Both the position numbers and the translations under genes were made by a program. The notes below the pieces were generated by a model. The model saw only the letters and a list, made by a program, of their open reading frames with translations, was not told where the DNA came from and searched no databases. DNA of 64,000 nt, taken from positions 124,001 to 188,000 of the forward strand of contig CDROCS010002188.1 in NCBI GenBank assembly GCA_977020255.1, written 5' to 3'. The DNA is from Obrimoposthia wandeli. Taxonomy: Eukaryota. Position 1 is the stretch's first letter, and every line of letters begins with the position of its first letter. Below are positions 25,896 through 39,607 of the stretch, piece by piece.

Positions 25896-27650
25896 AAAAC
25901 GGTTCTCTCCCTTTGGGCCTCTCACCTCCTCCCGAATATCTCTAGGTCCTTCCTCGTGTGGCTGTTATCCCTCCAGCTGATCCGTCGGCGTTCGGAAGTC
26001 CTTCGAGTCCTTTGGTGCAGCGCGGATCGTGCGTTGATCAGCGTCCTCGCAATTCCTTCTGTCCTCTGTGTGCTCACGATTTAGCTTTGATTGCTTGTTC
26101 ATAACTTGTGTCTTTTCCAGTCGGTCTAATTTCTGTTTTCTTCTCTTTTTTTCGACACAACAAATTGTTTTTATACTTTTCTTAACTGAGCCTTGAGACA
26201 CGACAATTGGCCGGTTCCAAATACCTTAATGTTTGCTCAACGATTAGCGCAGCGACTAATGGATTTCTGTGCTCCGCGATAATCGAATTCGCTAAAATGA
26301 GTAATTGTCAATTCACTTAGTTTATGTTTACTCTGTGTTTCTTCTAAGTGATTTCCGTTGTTTCTTCCGGATCTCCTATTAGGCTCAAAGTTTAATCAAA
26401 TTTCCTGAAATGGATAATGTCAATTTGCACAACTTTAAATGTACTCACATTGCCCTCTATTCTTTTTCTTCGGATCTCCTACTAGGCTCGAGTTAATCAA
26501 ATTTCGGTATTTCCTCTAAGTGCTTTTCGTTAATTAATTTCTTTATTCTCTTTTTTGGGGCCCTTAATAATAATTTAAACTCCTATATATACTTACGCAC
26601 TATACATGACCTTCGTGGTCTTTAATATTTAATTTACCTTTAATTCATCAATTTTAATTTTAACAATATAAATTTTATTTAATTTATAACCTTGCTTTCA
26701 AGGATTTTATTTTGATATAAATTAGATTAATTATTTAAAATTTATCAATTCCTAAATCTAACATAATTATTTTGCAGAAATTACATAATTAGTTACAAAA
26801 AAAAATGAAAACGTTAACCGAATTAATATTATTATTACAATTTAAAAAAAATATTTGTAAAAAGCCTTTATATTTCTATAGTTTACCAGACCAATATTTT
26901 TGAAATATAATTTTTCTATTTAGTTTTTAAAAAGTGTATTGAAGAATTCAGAAGACACGTCGAGATGTTTCTGTTAAAATAAATATTACAGGTTACAACT
27001 CAAAGATGGTGATTTGTAAAGCGTCTTTGAAGAATGATTCTTACAATAATTAGGAAATTGGCACTATATTAAACGTATGTTAATAGTAAACTATATTTGA
27101 TTAAGTAACAAAAAAATTATAAAACTGTTCAAGTATACTTAGTCTTGAAATTTAATAAAACTACCATTGCCATTTTGTGTGAAATGCTAAATTAAATAAT
27201 ATTGTCACTTTATTTATATATATATCTTATACTAATTTTATGACAAAAAATCGCAACAGTAAAAACCTAAAAATAAACTGGGAATAAGGAAAATAACACA
27301 ATAGAAACCAAATGCAACAAGACAACATAATATAACAATACTTTAAACTGGGATGGAAACTCTGGTATGTGTTTTTATATAATTTAATTTTCTGAAAAAT
27401 GATATCTTTAAGCAATCTTTTACAAACTAAGGTCAATATGCAATTATACAATTTTGAGCACCCTTATATACTAATGTGTATATATTAATCGCGGTTAATA
27501 CGTGATAACATTGATTACAAATAGTAAAAAAGTTAATTTGTATATGAAGGTGTGACAGAAATTATGGATTTTTTGTTGTTGTAAAAATAGTGATTAATAC
27601 TTTTTTTTCTGATAATTTTGAAGAATATTCATATTTTCTTCTTATTTTAG

Positions 27651-27695
27651 GAATTATCTCAACTTCTTGACCAATGAAATGAAAAACCCAGAAAA
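27651..27695 (+). CDS. SLC7/LAT-like coding exon 4
   Basis: Acceptor TTATTTTAG|; (W)NYLNFLTNEMKNPE(K); donor AA|GTGAGT; 45 nt, phase 2 to 2. Confidence 0.95.
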
Positions 27696-29559
27696 GTGAG
27701 TATCATTTGATGATTTTGTATAAAAAGAGTTTGAATTTATTATTTCTTTAAACTGTTTAATATGATTTAACCCGTTGAAAAATTTATTGAAAATTCATTC
27801 AATACATAATGGATACATGTCATTTTTCAAATGTGTTAAAAGTCGAATGTCTGATAGTTATCGGACAATTTAAAGTACACGAAAGGGATAACAGACTTCT
27901 TGTATTTGTTCCAAAATATAAATAAATAAAAGCACATGACTCTTTAATTAATTTAACAAAAAATTAATCGATCGATAAATTTAAAAATAATTGTTTTAGA
28001 ATTTACTCGCATTAATATTTAAACTCCTTTTGAAAAGTTGCGGAAAACTAACGTCATATTTTTCCAGTACATACTCATATTCAGAGAAAAAATTAAAAAT
28101 ACATCAGTCACAGAAAAATTGAAATCATTGTATGGCTAAAGCAAGGCTATTTAAGTGTCACAAAATAAAATTGAAAGTATTTAAGATAGAAACATAAAAA
28201 TCCCCAAAAGTGTGCTCCACCAAGAAATTTACGATAAATCACAAATAAGATTCATAATAAAAAATATTCTAATACGATATAAATAAAAAATCATAATGTC
28301 CTTCAAGTCTATTTAGTTTTGGCAAAAGCACAGCTACCAGATGACAAATTAATATCCAATCTCATTCTTTACCTTCCCAAGATACACGTCCTCAAACCGT
28401 AATTTGTCAAAAGTGTACAACCACTGGATCTAGAAAGCTTTCAAATCCAAACATAAAGAAAAAATGGTAAGAATGAATGTTTGACGGAGATCGTATATTA
28501 ACAACAAAAATGGTACGCAAAGTTGAGCACAATACAATAGAATTCGTTGTGGGATTAAAGATTGAGGACGAAATATCTGGAAATTGCCTCAAAAACGAAT
28601 TCAAAACGGATTCAAAAAGGCTGAAATTTATAATTAAATCAATGGTTATATTTCATTTGATCCATTGGAAGAATCCACTGGTGTAGAATCAAAAATGAAA
28701 TGACATTAATTTTTGAAAATGTATTGGAAAACTTTAAAGTAATAAAGTTTTTAACAATAGATTCGATTTTTTATTTTCTCAATTTTCTCCATTTTGATTT
28801 TAAATTATTAGTTTATTTTCACATTCATTATTAATACGCACCCATTAGTTTTTGACATATTTAACTGTCTTTATTAGATAGCACGTTTGGGATTTTCATT
28901 GGGATTTCAGGATAATTATATACAATATATTAAGATACTGACACACCTTTAAATAAAACTCCAACTGAGATTTTTCCACGAAATTGGGTCTACGAAGATA
29001 AAATAAACATCAACTTCCAGCTCAACTGTGTATTTAAACCGTACTCCAAATTTACTATCAACTTTATTATAGTTAATTTTGGTAATTAAGCGTAAGAAAA
29101 AACACAATCACAACAGCAAGAAATTTTAATCTTTATCAGGCATTAGACATCATTTACGTAGACGAACAAACGGATGCATTTTGTAGCCTGTTTTGTATAA
29201 GAGTAGACATTACTTTCGAATTCAAGTCATTATTTAAACAAAACAAACATTTAAACTCATGAATTTAAGATTATATTATTCCATAAAGTTATCTGTAAAA
29301 CACTATGTACCTAAATTTCAATAAATGGAGAAAAAGTAAATTTGGGTTTTATCAAAGTTCTATGAAAATAAAATAGTATAACCGTACTGAACACAAAATA
29401 TTACTACTTTTTCACAATCTGTGGATTTTACTAATTACTTGGGTTTGCTTGAAAACTTTCGATAATTTAATCTGCATTAACGACTAAGCAATAATTCTAA
29501 AATAACAATTAGATATATTTAATTAAAATCTTCAGATACATCAATAACATAAAAATATT

Positions 29560-30170
29560 GTTACATATCTTTTTTAATAGAAAACTTTCGGTTTACGATT
29601 CGATCCACGAACTTCCTAAAACTAGAAAAGATTTGAGATAGGAAAATATCCAAAAATATTCTAGATAAAAGAGGTGGGGTCTGGTTGACAGCATTTTGTG
29701 ATTTCGAGGAAAGCCATTCAGTCACTAATCTTGGAACATGCGGTCCAGCGTTGTCATGAATCACGCCATCATTATTTCAACCAATACTTTGAGAGATATG
29801 AACAGACGTATGGTGCATCATTTGATTGAACTCGTAGAAAGAACCATCGATGTTTTGACTGTGGGAAAAAAATCTCATCATACGTATCTTCAAATGTTCC
29901 TGGCATTACCACATAAGACTTTGAATAACCCTGTTATCTACGGCCCTTTTCTTTTTTATTGTGATGAGGCACATCATGGATGACTTGTTAACTTTGTTCC
30001 AATTAAATGCATGATAAAACCATTTTTCATCGAAGTATTGGGGTCAAATATGCTAATAATTTCATAAGAAATATGTACTCGAGTTGCTTTTTTCTGTTTT
30101 GTTGGTACCCACTTTGAACCATTACCTTCCAACTTTAATCTCTGTTGTACAATGTCGTGGATTATCAACT
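29560..30170 (-). mobile_element. mariner transposase relic
   Basis: SKWVP (ORF 29974-30168) and IHDNAGPHV...QTPP (ORF 29561-29764) correspond to the WVPH and HDNARPH...PP motifs. Confidence 0.7.
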
Positions 30171-32527
30171 GTCATTGGACTATCTACTTGAACCATTTTG
30201 AAATATTTGCTCTACATTATCTTCATTTGAAGCAGTAAAATTATTTCCCACATAATTTTATGTACCATGTTAAGTGAAAGGAATTTCTTCTGTCTATGCA
30301 TTTAACAAAAATTATCGATATCAGCGGCAAGAAACTTGTTACATATCATGCTTAAAATTAAACACCGGTAATTTCGTTTGGTGCATTCCATTTATTTAAG
30401 TAACTACATGATTTTGATTTAAAACTTCCAATATGAATAATGGAAATTAAAAATATATATATTTCAAACGAAAAATATAAATTTTAATTTAGAAGAAAAA
30501 TAAATAATACAATTATTGAAACTTTTCAAGCAACCCAAGTAAAATTTTTGAAACATGTTATACTGACTTCTCCTAATAGTATGACTATCCAAATAGTATG
30601 ACCATAAAAAATAATTCAAATAAATTGTTTATATAATAGATACAAAATATAATAATCAAGTTTTAATGAAAAAAACAAACATTTTAAATATAAGTAATTG
30701 AATATACGGAGAAAGAAAAAAAATTTATAAGAATTTTTTTTTTATAAAATCTGCTGGCTTCTCAAATGTTTGTGCTGATTGGTATATTTTCAAGGTAAGA
30801 TTTGTTGAAACACAATCAAAGAATAATTCTCAAGAAATGAAAGATTAATCAGATGATTCTGACATTTTTCATATAGAAGATAAATAAATGTTAATTTTAT
30901 ACTTATATTATTTTTTAACAGTAATATCAATTTATTTAGCAATAAAATATTTTGTAAATAATTTTTTTTAAAATTATTAAAATTTATTATTTTATTTGAA
31001 TAGTATGATCATAAAAATTTATAAAAAGGTAATACTATTACAATATTATGACCCATATTATTTGGCAATATCCGTTAATTATAAACATTGGTTGCGTTAT
31101 CGATGAAAACATTACAAAAGATTGTCCAATTATAAAAGTGACAAGAACATGTAATTAGAAAATACCTTACTACTAATATAACTACAATGCTAACGCATTC
31201 ATTTATTACATCGATTTAATTTTCAAAATTCAGGAAGCAGCTGAAAATTTTACTATTCAGAAAATGTTGCTAAGAATAATAAAATATAGAAGTGATTTTG
31301 AGTAATAAATCATATTGTTATTGTATAAAAATAATTTGTTCCAGAAATACAGCCTTTGCCTCTTTACATAAAATATCAAACAAAGTATTCAATCTGTGTT
31401 GATGATATTTTTAGAAGAAAGTTTATTATGAATATGAAGCCATCCTCAGTATGTCATATTACAGACAAATTTCCCGACCATATTTATATAGTTATGTTAA
31501 AACAAATCTTTGAAATAATTTAGAACATAGAGATGGATATAAAAACCTATTTTATACAGAATTTGGAAAATTTCTATTTTATACTTACAAAATACACATT
31601 TATTGGAGTTTGAAAATTAAAAATTCAACTACCTAGTCAAATATTTACTTCTACAACGGAATATTATATTGTTGGAGAAAAATTAAGTGAACCTTGGCTG
31701 TTCATCGATTTTTTCAACTAGATATTTGACTGCAATGCGATGTTTACTCATTAGTGCATTAGCTGTTCGTTTGCTTTTTACAGCAAACATCAGTGGTAAT
31801 CACGAGGACTTTTGTTAGCTCATATGTCAGTTGATTTGTAGTTAATATCGAATTAGAATCTATAGCTACAATCTACAAATTTTTTATAATCAACATTCTA
31901 TTTGAAAATTTCTTATTGTTAAAATAATTACTTGACAAAATTAATTTACTTATAAATTATTAATGTATAATTCCCTTTGAAATTCTTAGTTGGGTTATCG
32001 GAAAATTTCACTGTTACATAAACCGAAATAAAATATAATAATCAAACAGAACCATGACTATATGGTAGATGTGACAATAATACCTCTGCACTATTTTTCA
32101 TTGAATTATTTTGAGTTATGTGCAGTTTAGTTAACTTTCAATTCACTAAAATAGAGTAACTTGCTACTAAAATGTCATATACATTTTCCTGTAGTTTGTA
32201 ATAATAATCTGAGTTTACTACGGGTAACAAATTATCCTCATAATTATAAAAAGTCAACATTATATTTTTATCTAACTGTGCTCGATTAGTTACATACTGG
32301 CGTTTGTCTTTACCTAACCTTGATACGGATTTCGTAAATAAATCTACTTTTCATCTATAGTATTTCATTTACGCGATTTATATTTTTTCTCATTTGATTC
32401 AAATGTCTGATACTATTTTTTTCTCTCCGAATAATGAATATAATATTCTAATAGAGGATACAATTTGTATTAAAATTATATATATGCATTGTTCCAGCAC
32501 GTCCAGTTCCCGAGATATATTAATGTA

Positions 32528-33813
32528 CAGGGTGCGGAGAAAGTTCCCGATCGAATTTTGAAAATTGAATTAAAGATATTATTATTTAACTAAATTATCC
32601 ATTTTTGGCTTATTTTGTTTGTAGATACATATATTTATATGTTTCAGATCCAAATTTCCTAAAATCTAATTTGCATTTGTTTAAAATGAGTAAACGTGAG
32701 GTCATTATCCAACTTCATTGCGCGGGAAAGACGAACCCAGAGATTGTTAAGATCTTAAAAGCTCCAAAATCAACAGTTCGGGAAGCAGTAAACCGATACA
32801 AAGAACTTGGGACACCAGACGATCGTCCCAGAAGTGAACGCCCCAGAACTGCTCGCACCCCAGCCAAACTAAAGGCCGTTAGGGAGCGAATAAGGAGGAA
32901 CCCCAAACGAAGAATGAGGAAAATGGCCAAGGACTTCAAAGTTGACGAAAAAACTGTCAGAACTATTGTCAAAGATGATCTCAAGTTATCCCCTTTCAAG
33001 ATGACCAACAGACAACAACTGACGGAATTGCAAAAACAGAAGAGGGTCGAAATAGTCAAGATTCTCCTGAACCGAAAGAAGGATGGCACGGATGCTGAGG
33101 TAATTGTTTTTTCTGATGAAAAAATGTTCACTGTTGAGGCCCAGTTCAACTCGCAGAACGACAGAATTTTAGCTAAGAGTGCTGATAGCATTCCCAGTTC
33201 GGTAAAATCCGTTTACCGTCGCCAAAAACCTAGCTCGGTAATGGTATGGGCTGCCATCTCTGAGAATTGGAGATCCTCGTTTTTGTTAAAGGGTGCCAAG
33301 TTAGCAAACTCGTACATCCAGGATATTTTGATTCCAGCCCATGTTGAAATGAAGAAACATTTCCAAAAATGACCCTTTCACATTCAACAGGACGGTGCGC
33401 CTCACACTACGAACAAAACTCAGGACTGGTGTGAGAATCACTTCCCAGCTTTCTGGAGGAAGGAATTGTGGCCTCCTTCATCACCTGACTTGAACCCTCT
33501 GGACTTTTGTGTCTAGTCCATCTTGGAGAGAGAGGCCTGCGCTACAGCCCATGACAATACAGAAGCTTTAAAGAAGTCTCTTAAGCGGGAATGGGCCAAA
33601 ATTTCCCAGGAATTCTTTCGTGCCGCAGTGAAGAGCTTCCGGGGGAGACTTGAGCGTGTAATTGAAGCCAAAGGCGGCCACATTGAAAAATAAATAGTAT
33701 AAATGTTAAATAGAGCTCTAACAAATTGTGTGTGTTATTTTTTGTTTAATTTCAACCTTTATTAGTTGTTAAATTTAACGTTTTATGAGATCGGGGACTT
33801 TCTCCGCACCCTG
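32528..33813 (+). mobile_element. Tc1/mariner element, maT (DD37D-like) family, full length with intact ends
   Basis: 25-bp TIRs CAGGGTGCGGAGAAAGT(T/C)CCCGATC match 24/25; TA on both sides (32526-27 and 33814-15); 1286 bp. Confidence 0.95.
32686..33693 (+). pseudogene. maT-type transposase pseudogene
   Basis: MSKREVIIQLHCAG...RPRSERPRT...VFSDEKMF...VMVWAAIS; in-frame TGA at 33370-72; QQDGAPH...WPPSSPDLNPLDF (36 aa between the 2nd and 3rd D, consistent with DD37D minus one codon); second stop TAG; final GGHIEK* at 33693. Confidence 0.92.
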
Positions 33814-33826
33814 TATATATATCAAA

Positions 33827-34230
33827 ATGCAAAAGAAAATATATCAATTATCCAAATTCGTTCTGCTATATTTGTGGACATTTGTGTTTAAACAACAACG
33901 GATGTCTATTACTCCTTTGATAAGGATTATTTCGGGATGAAACATGAAGAACAGGTTAAATGTTTTGCACCCCATTATCTATTCAAAAAATGTTCTTCCT
34001 CATTATCCATGTGGTCATTGAGAAAACTGAAGAAGTTGACATTTAGTACACCCATATCATGGAGAGATCAATTCAGCCATCTTGATGATTGTTATTTTTG
34101 TATGAAAAAAATAGCGGGTTTCAACAAAGAGAATGTAAATCATATTCGATATACTAATGTTATGTCAGATATTTGTCCAGGAAACCAGGAAAATTATGTT
34201 ACACCAATTTCAGGTAATCACAGTGTTGAG
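33827..34230 (+). mobile_element. N-terminal relic of a Cys-rich DNA transposase (probably Chapaev3-type)
   Basis: KRKYINYPNSFCYICG followed by FAPHYLFKKC...LTFSTPISWRDQFSHLDDCYFC, matching the FCYICG...APH..C..C...F..P..WR...H..DCYFC pattern. The family name is from recall and needs confirmation. Confidence 0.6.
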
Positions 34231-34620
34231 TGTTCAAAATCAAATGGAAGTAGTGAATGGTTAGGATTATTTGATAATTTTGCGGATCACTGTAATTAGT
34301 CATTGGGAAGAATCCAGTTTCTTTGTGATACTTTGTGACTACTCTAAGGTGGATCAGAATCTACAGTATCATCCAGAGACATATACCTACATAAGCCACA
34401 TGTTCTGTCTAGATATGTATTGGAAGTTATTAATTTTTTAAACCAACGACCATTGATTGACGCCTCATCTTTTGCTTTATTGATCTTTCACATGTATTTA
34501 CTGCTGATATCTTCATTTTCCTATATTGAAATTTTATTTTCATTAAAAAATATTAACAAATGTGTTCAGTTTTAATTTAATGGCCAGATATAATGCCGGG
34601 CTATCTTTGTCTGTGTCCAG

Positions 34621-34756
34621 AAACCTGCCTCTGGCCATCATAATCTCGCTAGTGCTGGTCACTGTCATCTACCTCCTCACTAATGTGGCCTATCTGGCTG
34701 TTCTGACTCCCCAAGAAATGCTCTCCATCGGCGGCAGCTCCACCGCGATCGCTGTT
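34621..34756 (+). CDS. SLC7/LAT-like coding exon 5
   Basis: Acceptor GTGTCCAG|; (K)NLPLAIIISLVLVTVIYLLTNVAYLAVLTPQEMLSIGGSSTAIAV; donor |GTGAGT; 136 nt, phase 2 to 0. Confidence 0.95.
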
Positions 34757-37234
34757 GTGAGTTTCCTCTAATTATAGCAGTTTAAATGAATTATAATTTA
34801 CCAAGAGTTTTGACTTGCAGTCACATTTTAAAATTTTCGTTCCCTAATTATAAGGTTCATCTTAAAAATTGAAATAACCTCCCTGCTTTTCTTTGGAATT
34901 ACAGAGATTTTTCTTTTACTCTTTCCTTCCTGAAGGTTTCCATATTTTTTTCAAAAGAGAGATAGACATTATTTGGCATTACAAACTTATAGATATAGAA
35001 GTTAAAATAGTAAACTTGATACAAAAAAAGTTACTTAATAATATATTACAAAGTTTAAATTTTTTTTACAAAGGCTAAAATTTTGAAACTATTATATTAA
35101 TTTAATACTAAATTTCAACGAAATTAAAGATCAGATAAATATATTTTCATAATATTTTTTAAAATATAGATATTATTGTAATATGTTCAATTGCTTTTAT
35201 AAATACCATTAATATTTCAAAAGAAACGCGAAATATATAGGTGGTGATATCAATACTAATTTATTTCTTTTTAACAACCTTAGACTTTACAGTTACTTTG
35301 AATTTATAATAAGTGTAATAATTTAACGAAATTTTATTGTAACTTTGAAAAAAATGTTTTAAAAAACTTTCAGGAATCATCCACATTTTCTGTATTAGTA
35401 TTTAAAAAATTATTTGCGGATCTTTCATGAAATAAAAATATATAAAACTTAATAGTTTTTCTGTTAGTAATTAAATTAGTTAAATAACAAATACTTGTAT
35501 TAAAACTCATTTTATGAATGTAATCATATAATTCAGCAGTTGAATGAAACATATCCAATTAGAATTATGTTCCCTAAAAACAGAAAGTTACATGTTTCGC
35601 ATTTTCATAATTTAAAAACAGATAAATATTACAAAATAATGATAAAATGAAAATTACTTTAAACGAATATGTGTTAGAGAATTTAAATAAATAGTTAGAA
35701 ATGATAATGTTAAATGAAATATAAATATAGGGATAAAAAAAATATATACTGTAAAGATTCTGTAGATAATTACATTTAAAAAAATTCTAATATTAAAAAA
35801 GCTGTTTTTTAAATTTATAAAATTTGACACTGATGCTTGTGTTAGTGGAAGTTTATCAATTACATAAAATTTGATCTGATTTGGGTGCATGAAGTAACAT
35901 TTAAACAGTGCAATATCGCATTGCTAAAATATTGTGTTAAAAATCTAAACTTTTCTTCTTTACGCTGACCAAAGTTGAATGTTATCTGCATTTGAAAGAA
36001 GGCGGAAAACATAGTGTAAAAGTGCAGTGTAGAAGTAATCGATCGGCGTCCGTAATGGTGTGTAAAGGTCTGATGATTCATGCACTTGGTGCCAGTGCAT
36101 TTGGTGCCAGTGCACCTTGGCCTGGTCTTGGTGATTGTCGATATAAGGAAGAGGCCAGATGGTATTTTGCCCGGCTTACTCAGCCTGAATCGAGACAGCT
36201 CCAATTCCACTGTGTATTTCTTGAAGAATATCTCTTTATTCCTTTCAATAATGGGGAACAGCACTTATAAGTTGGAGAGGATAAGCCAATTTCAATTTCT
36301 CCTCACAACACTTGAATACATGACTAACCAAAAGTTGTTTTTACATCTATATATTTTTTGTTCACCAATATTCAAAATAAAAGTATAATATATTATTTTT
36401 TCTCATTATAATAATATTTGATATATAAAATCTAAATTACTGTCGTATCCCAGAAAGGATTAACATTAGCGTCAGTACGGATGTTTTGAAGCACACGTTG
36501 AGATTTTATAGCCAGCTCCTTATGAAGCTGAAATGGCTTTTTCCATATATAACAGGACTAACAAGGGAAATTATCAAAGAAGGAAGTCACAGATTTCTAT
36601 ATTATTTTCAAATTTAGTTAACTATACAAATAAAACTTGGTTTGCTAAAAATTTGCTCCTCATATTCATTATTTTATTTGGAAATTTATATGTTTTATAT
36701 TTATTTATTGGCAGTGATTATTTAATAGAAATGTTTATAATACTTCGGACTTCAATAAATTATTACCGGAAAAGCTAAAAAAATCAATTATCTCTCTTAA
36801 ACTGCTGTTGTCGATTTAGTGGAAACACCTGCTAGTTCTTCACAACATGGTCATATGTCTCAAAGGGAGAGAGATTACAACTTTTAACGTGAACTGTGAA
36901 TAAGAGTTAGATAGATTCGCATTTTAAATGCTATCAAAGGATAAAATACAACAAATTATCACAAACAATGCAAACTTTACACGAGTTAATTATTATCCCA
37001 TTTATTATAATTTACCATACATTTTTGCACTTTTTTGCACTTTTAACTTCTTATTAAAATAGAAAGATTTTGTTTAAGTAAATTAAAATTAATATGGCAA
37101 ATAGGGCGTTATTTGAAAGCTTAAAATCTCTAAATAAAACCAAGGTAATTTTAATATTTACATTTAAAATGTTTATATAAAAAAATTCATATTAATATTA
37201 AATCAGAATAAGCTGGTTTAAGAAATTTTATTAG

Positions 37235-37750
37235 ATGAGTATCAACTTGGCCATACAGCAATTGAGGCAATATATAATATTTGTAAAGCCAAAGGAGATG
37301 GTGCTGTTAAAAGAAAAAATGCATTTAATTGGTATGAAAAAAATGAGAAATGGGATTTTCGCCCTGAAAGATAAGCCGCACCAAGGTAGATCAGTTCGGC
37401 TAAATTCTGAAGTTAATCCAATAACTATTATTCGAGGTGATGAGATTGGCCATTCAAAATCACAGTTCATCGTCACTTATTAGATATAAGAAAGTTCTCT
37501 AGAAGACCTAAGATTTAGCATCTAAACAAATTTACATTTGTAAAAAGCTGCTAAATTTTTTTAATGATTTTCGTTTTTTTAAAATACATTTGTGACATGT
37601 GATGAAAAGTGGATTTATCACCGTTATCCAGATACGTGAAATCAATGGATCGATAAAGGAGCAGTAGCAGAACCGGTAGCAAAACTTGGAAGATTTGAAA
37701 ATAAGTCTCTTTTATGTGGGTAGTGAAGACCAACAGTAATCCAACAATTT
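37235..37750 (+). mobile_element. mariner transposase relic
   Basis: NGIFALKDKPHQGRS (HTH end) and VTCDEKWIY (~37590, first catalytic D motif). Confidence 0.7.
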
Positions 37751-38839
37751 TGAGAAGGAAATATTTTTGTGTATATTGTAAAAGCCGAAAAGCCTAATAA
37801 AACTGTATTTAATCAAAGCATTTTATAGTTTCGAAAACTTCAGAAATTGTTCTTGAATAATTTTTTATTTTATGAGCATCCCATTGTTTTAATAGGGGGT
37901 ATCTGAAAATGTAAGCTATTTGAAGATAATTTTATCATAAAATTTAGGTAGATACCTTGACTTATTTCATGAAACGTTCTAATCTTATGGTTTAGGATTG
38001 AAAATTTTATATTAATTAGCAATTTATACATGATTTTTTTGGTGTTCACAACATCGTTCATATGAGTAATGTTAGATATATTAATAGGAGAGAATAAGAC
38101 GCTAAATTACTTTCTCTATATTTGTTATAAATTAGCACGTTAGTTTTAGTATCAAGTTCATGTTTTAATTTTAAACCAAGATTTTTTAAATTGTTGCTAT
38201 TTTTAGTGTTAAGAAATTTCGAAGATGTGTCATAGAATAGATTATATAACTATTTTTCTAATGGCGTTTGTTGAATGAAAATGCCTTAAAAATTAAAAAC
38301 AAAATATAATTTTCTTAAAAGCTAATAGTTTATTTTACGAATTTCCAGAACCTTTTCCTTTTAATATTTGATGGAAAGCTAAATTTATTACTTTTCTTTA
38401 AGGACCTGAAAATTATTTAAAAATTTTCAATTTCTTGACAATTCTATTTTTAATAAATATAATTATTATACTCCATTTAACAAAAATTACGCTTTCTGTT
38501 ATTAAAAAAAAAGTATATGAAAACAGTATGCGTATTTGGTTAGATCTTCTGGTGGTAAATGAAAGAAATTCTGGAAATACTAAAAATACAAATGCAATAT
38601 TTCTTTTATTCAGAATAATTAAAATTGGATGTTATTTTTATAATTACTATTGCTGAAGAAATGGTTTTCTAGTTTAGTTGTTGGTTAATTGCTTCTGCCG
38701 ATCCCTAAATATCAGAGATGTGATTAAATCAACAAATACTAATCCATGATTTATGGGTTGTTATGACGCTCATAAAATCAAGTTGATTTTATTTTGTATA
38801 TAGAAATGACTAGTTAATGTAAATAATTGAGTATTGAAA

Positions 38840-39607
38840 CTTGTGATTTAATACCATGTAAGGAATCTATTTCTGCGTTCCTCGCAAAACTTAAACTCTT
38901 CAGAATCAATATAGCTCGTCGCGAATTAAAACAATTTCCAAGTTTGTATTCAATCGGTAATGAACTGCACGATGATAATCTTACTGTATATGTTGAGCAT
39001 TAGAAAAGTTTGTATGAAGATATGCAAATTAGGTATAGCGACTTACTAGAAATGAATATACCGACCTGGGTAAAAATTCGTTTTCAAGTCAATGTCGCTG
39101 ATATAGTCATTACTTAGCAAGAAAATCTTGTTGAATTGAAAAAGGATGAGGTAGCTCAAGTTCGATATAAAGAAGAGAAGTATAATATATTGAAAAAATG
39201 GGAAATTGCTATAAAATAATCACTTCTTCGGGAAAAAGTCCTACCTTGTCGAGACTGGATTTAGTCGTGATTTTCATTTACAGTCTAAATCGCGTAACCG
39301 GCTTGACATTATAGAAAGAGGTGACCTTCGTTTATCTTTGACAACATCAGAACCTGATATTAAAAAGCTTGCAGATAAGCATCAAACACAGGGATCTCAT
39401 TAAATAAAACGAAATTTTATTTACCATTCTTATGTTTTTATTTATTTATGAAATATAATTTTCTTTGACATGAAATTTATTTGTATTTGACTCATTTGAT
39501 TTGTACAAAAGTAATTTTTAAAAAAATGTTACCATTAACGGCTCTGGAGGCCACTATCATTATCATTCAAAAGGGAGCCATAGATAGAAAAAGGTTGAGA
39601 ACCCCTG
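38840..39607 (+). mobile_element. hAT (Charlie/SCAN-like) element, 3' part with right TIR
   Basis: ESISAFLAKLKLFRINIARRELKQFPSL; C-terminus RGDLRLSLTTSEPDIKKLADKHQTQGSH* (~39400); right end AAAAGGTTGAGAACCCCTG (39589-39607). Confidence 0.8.
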
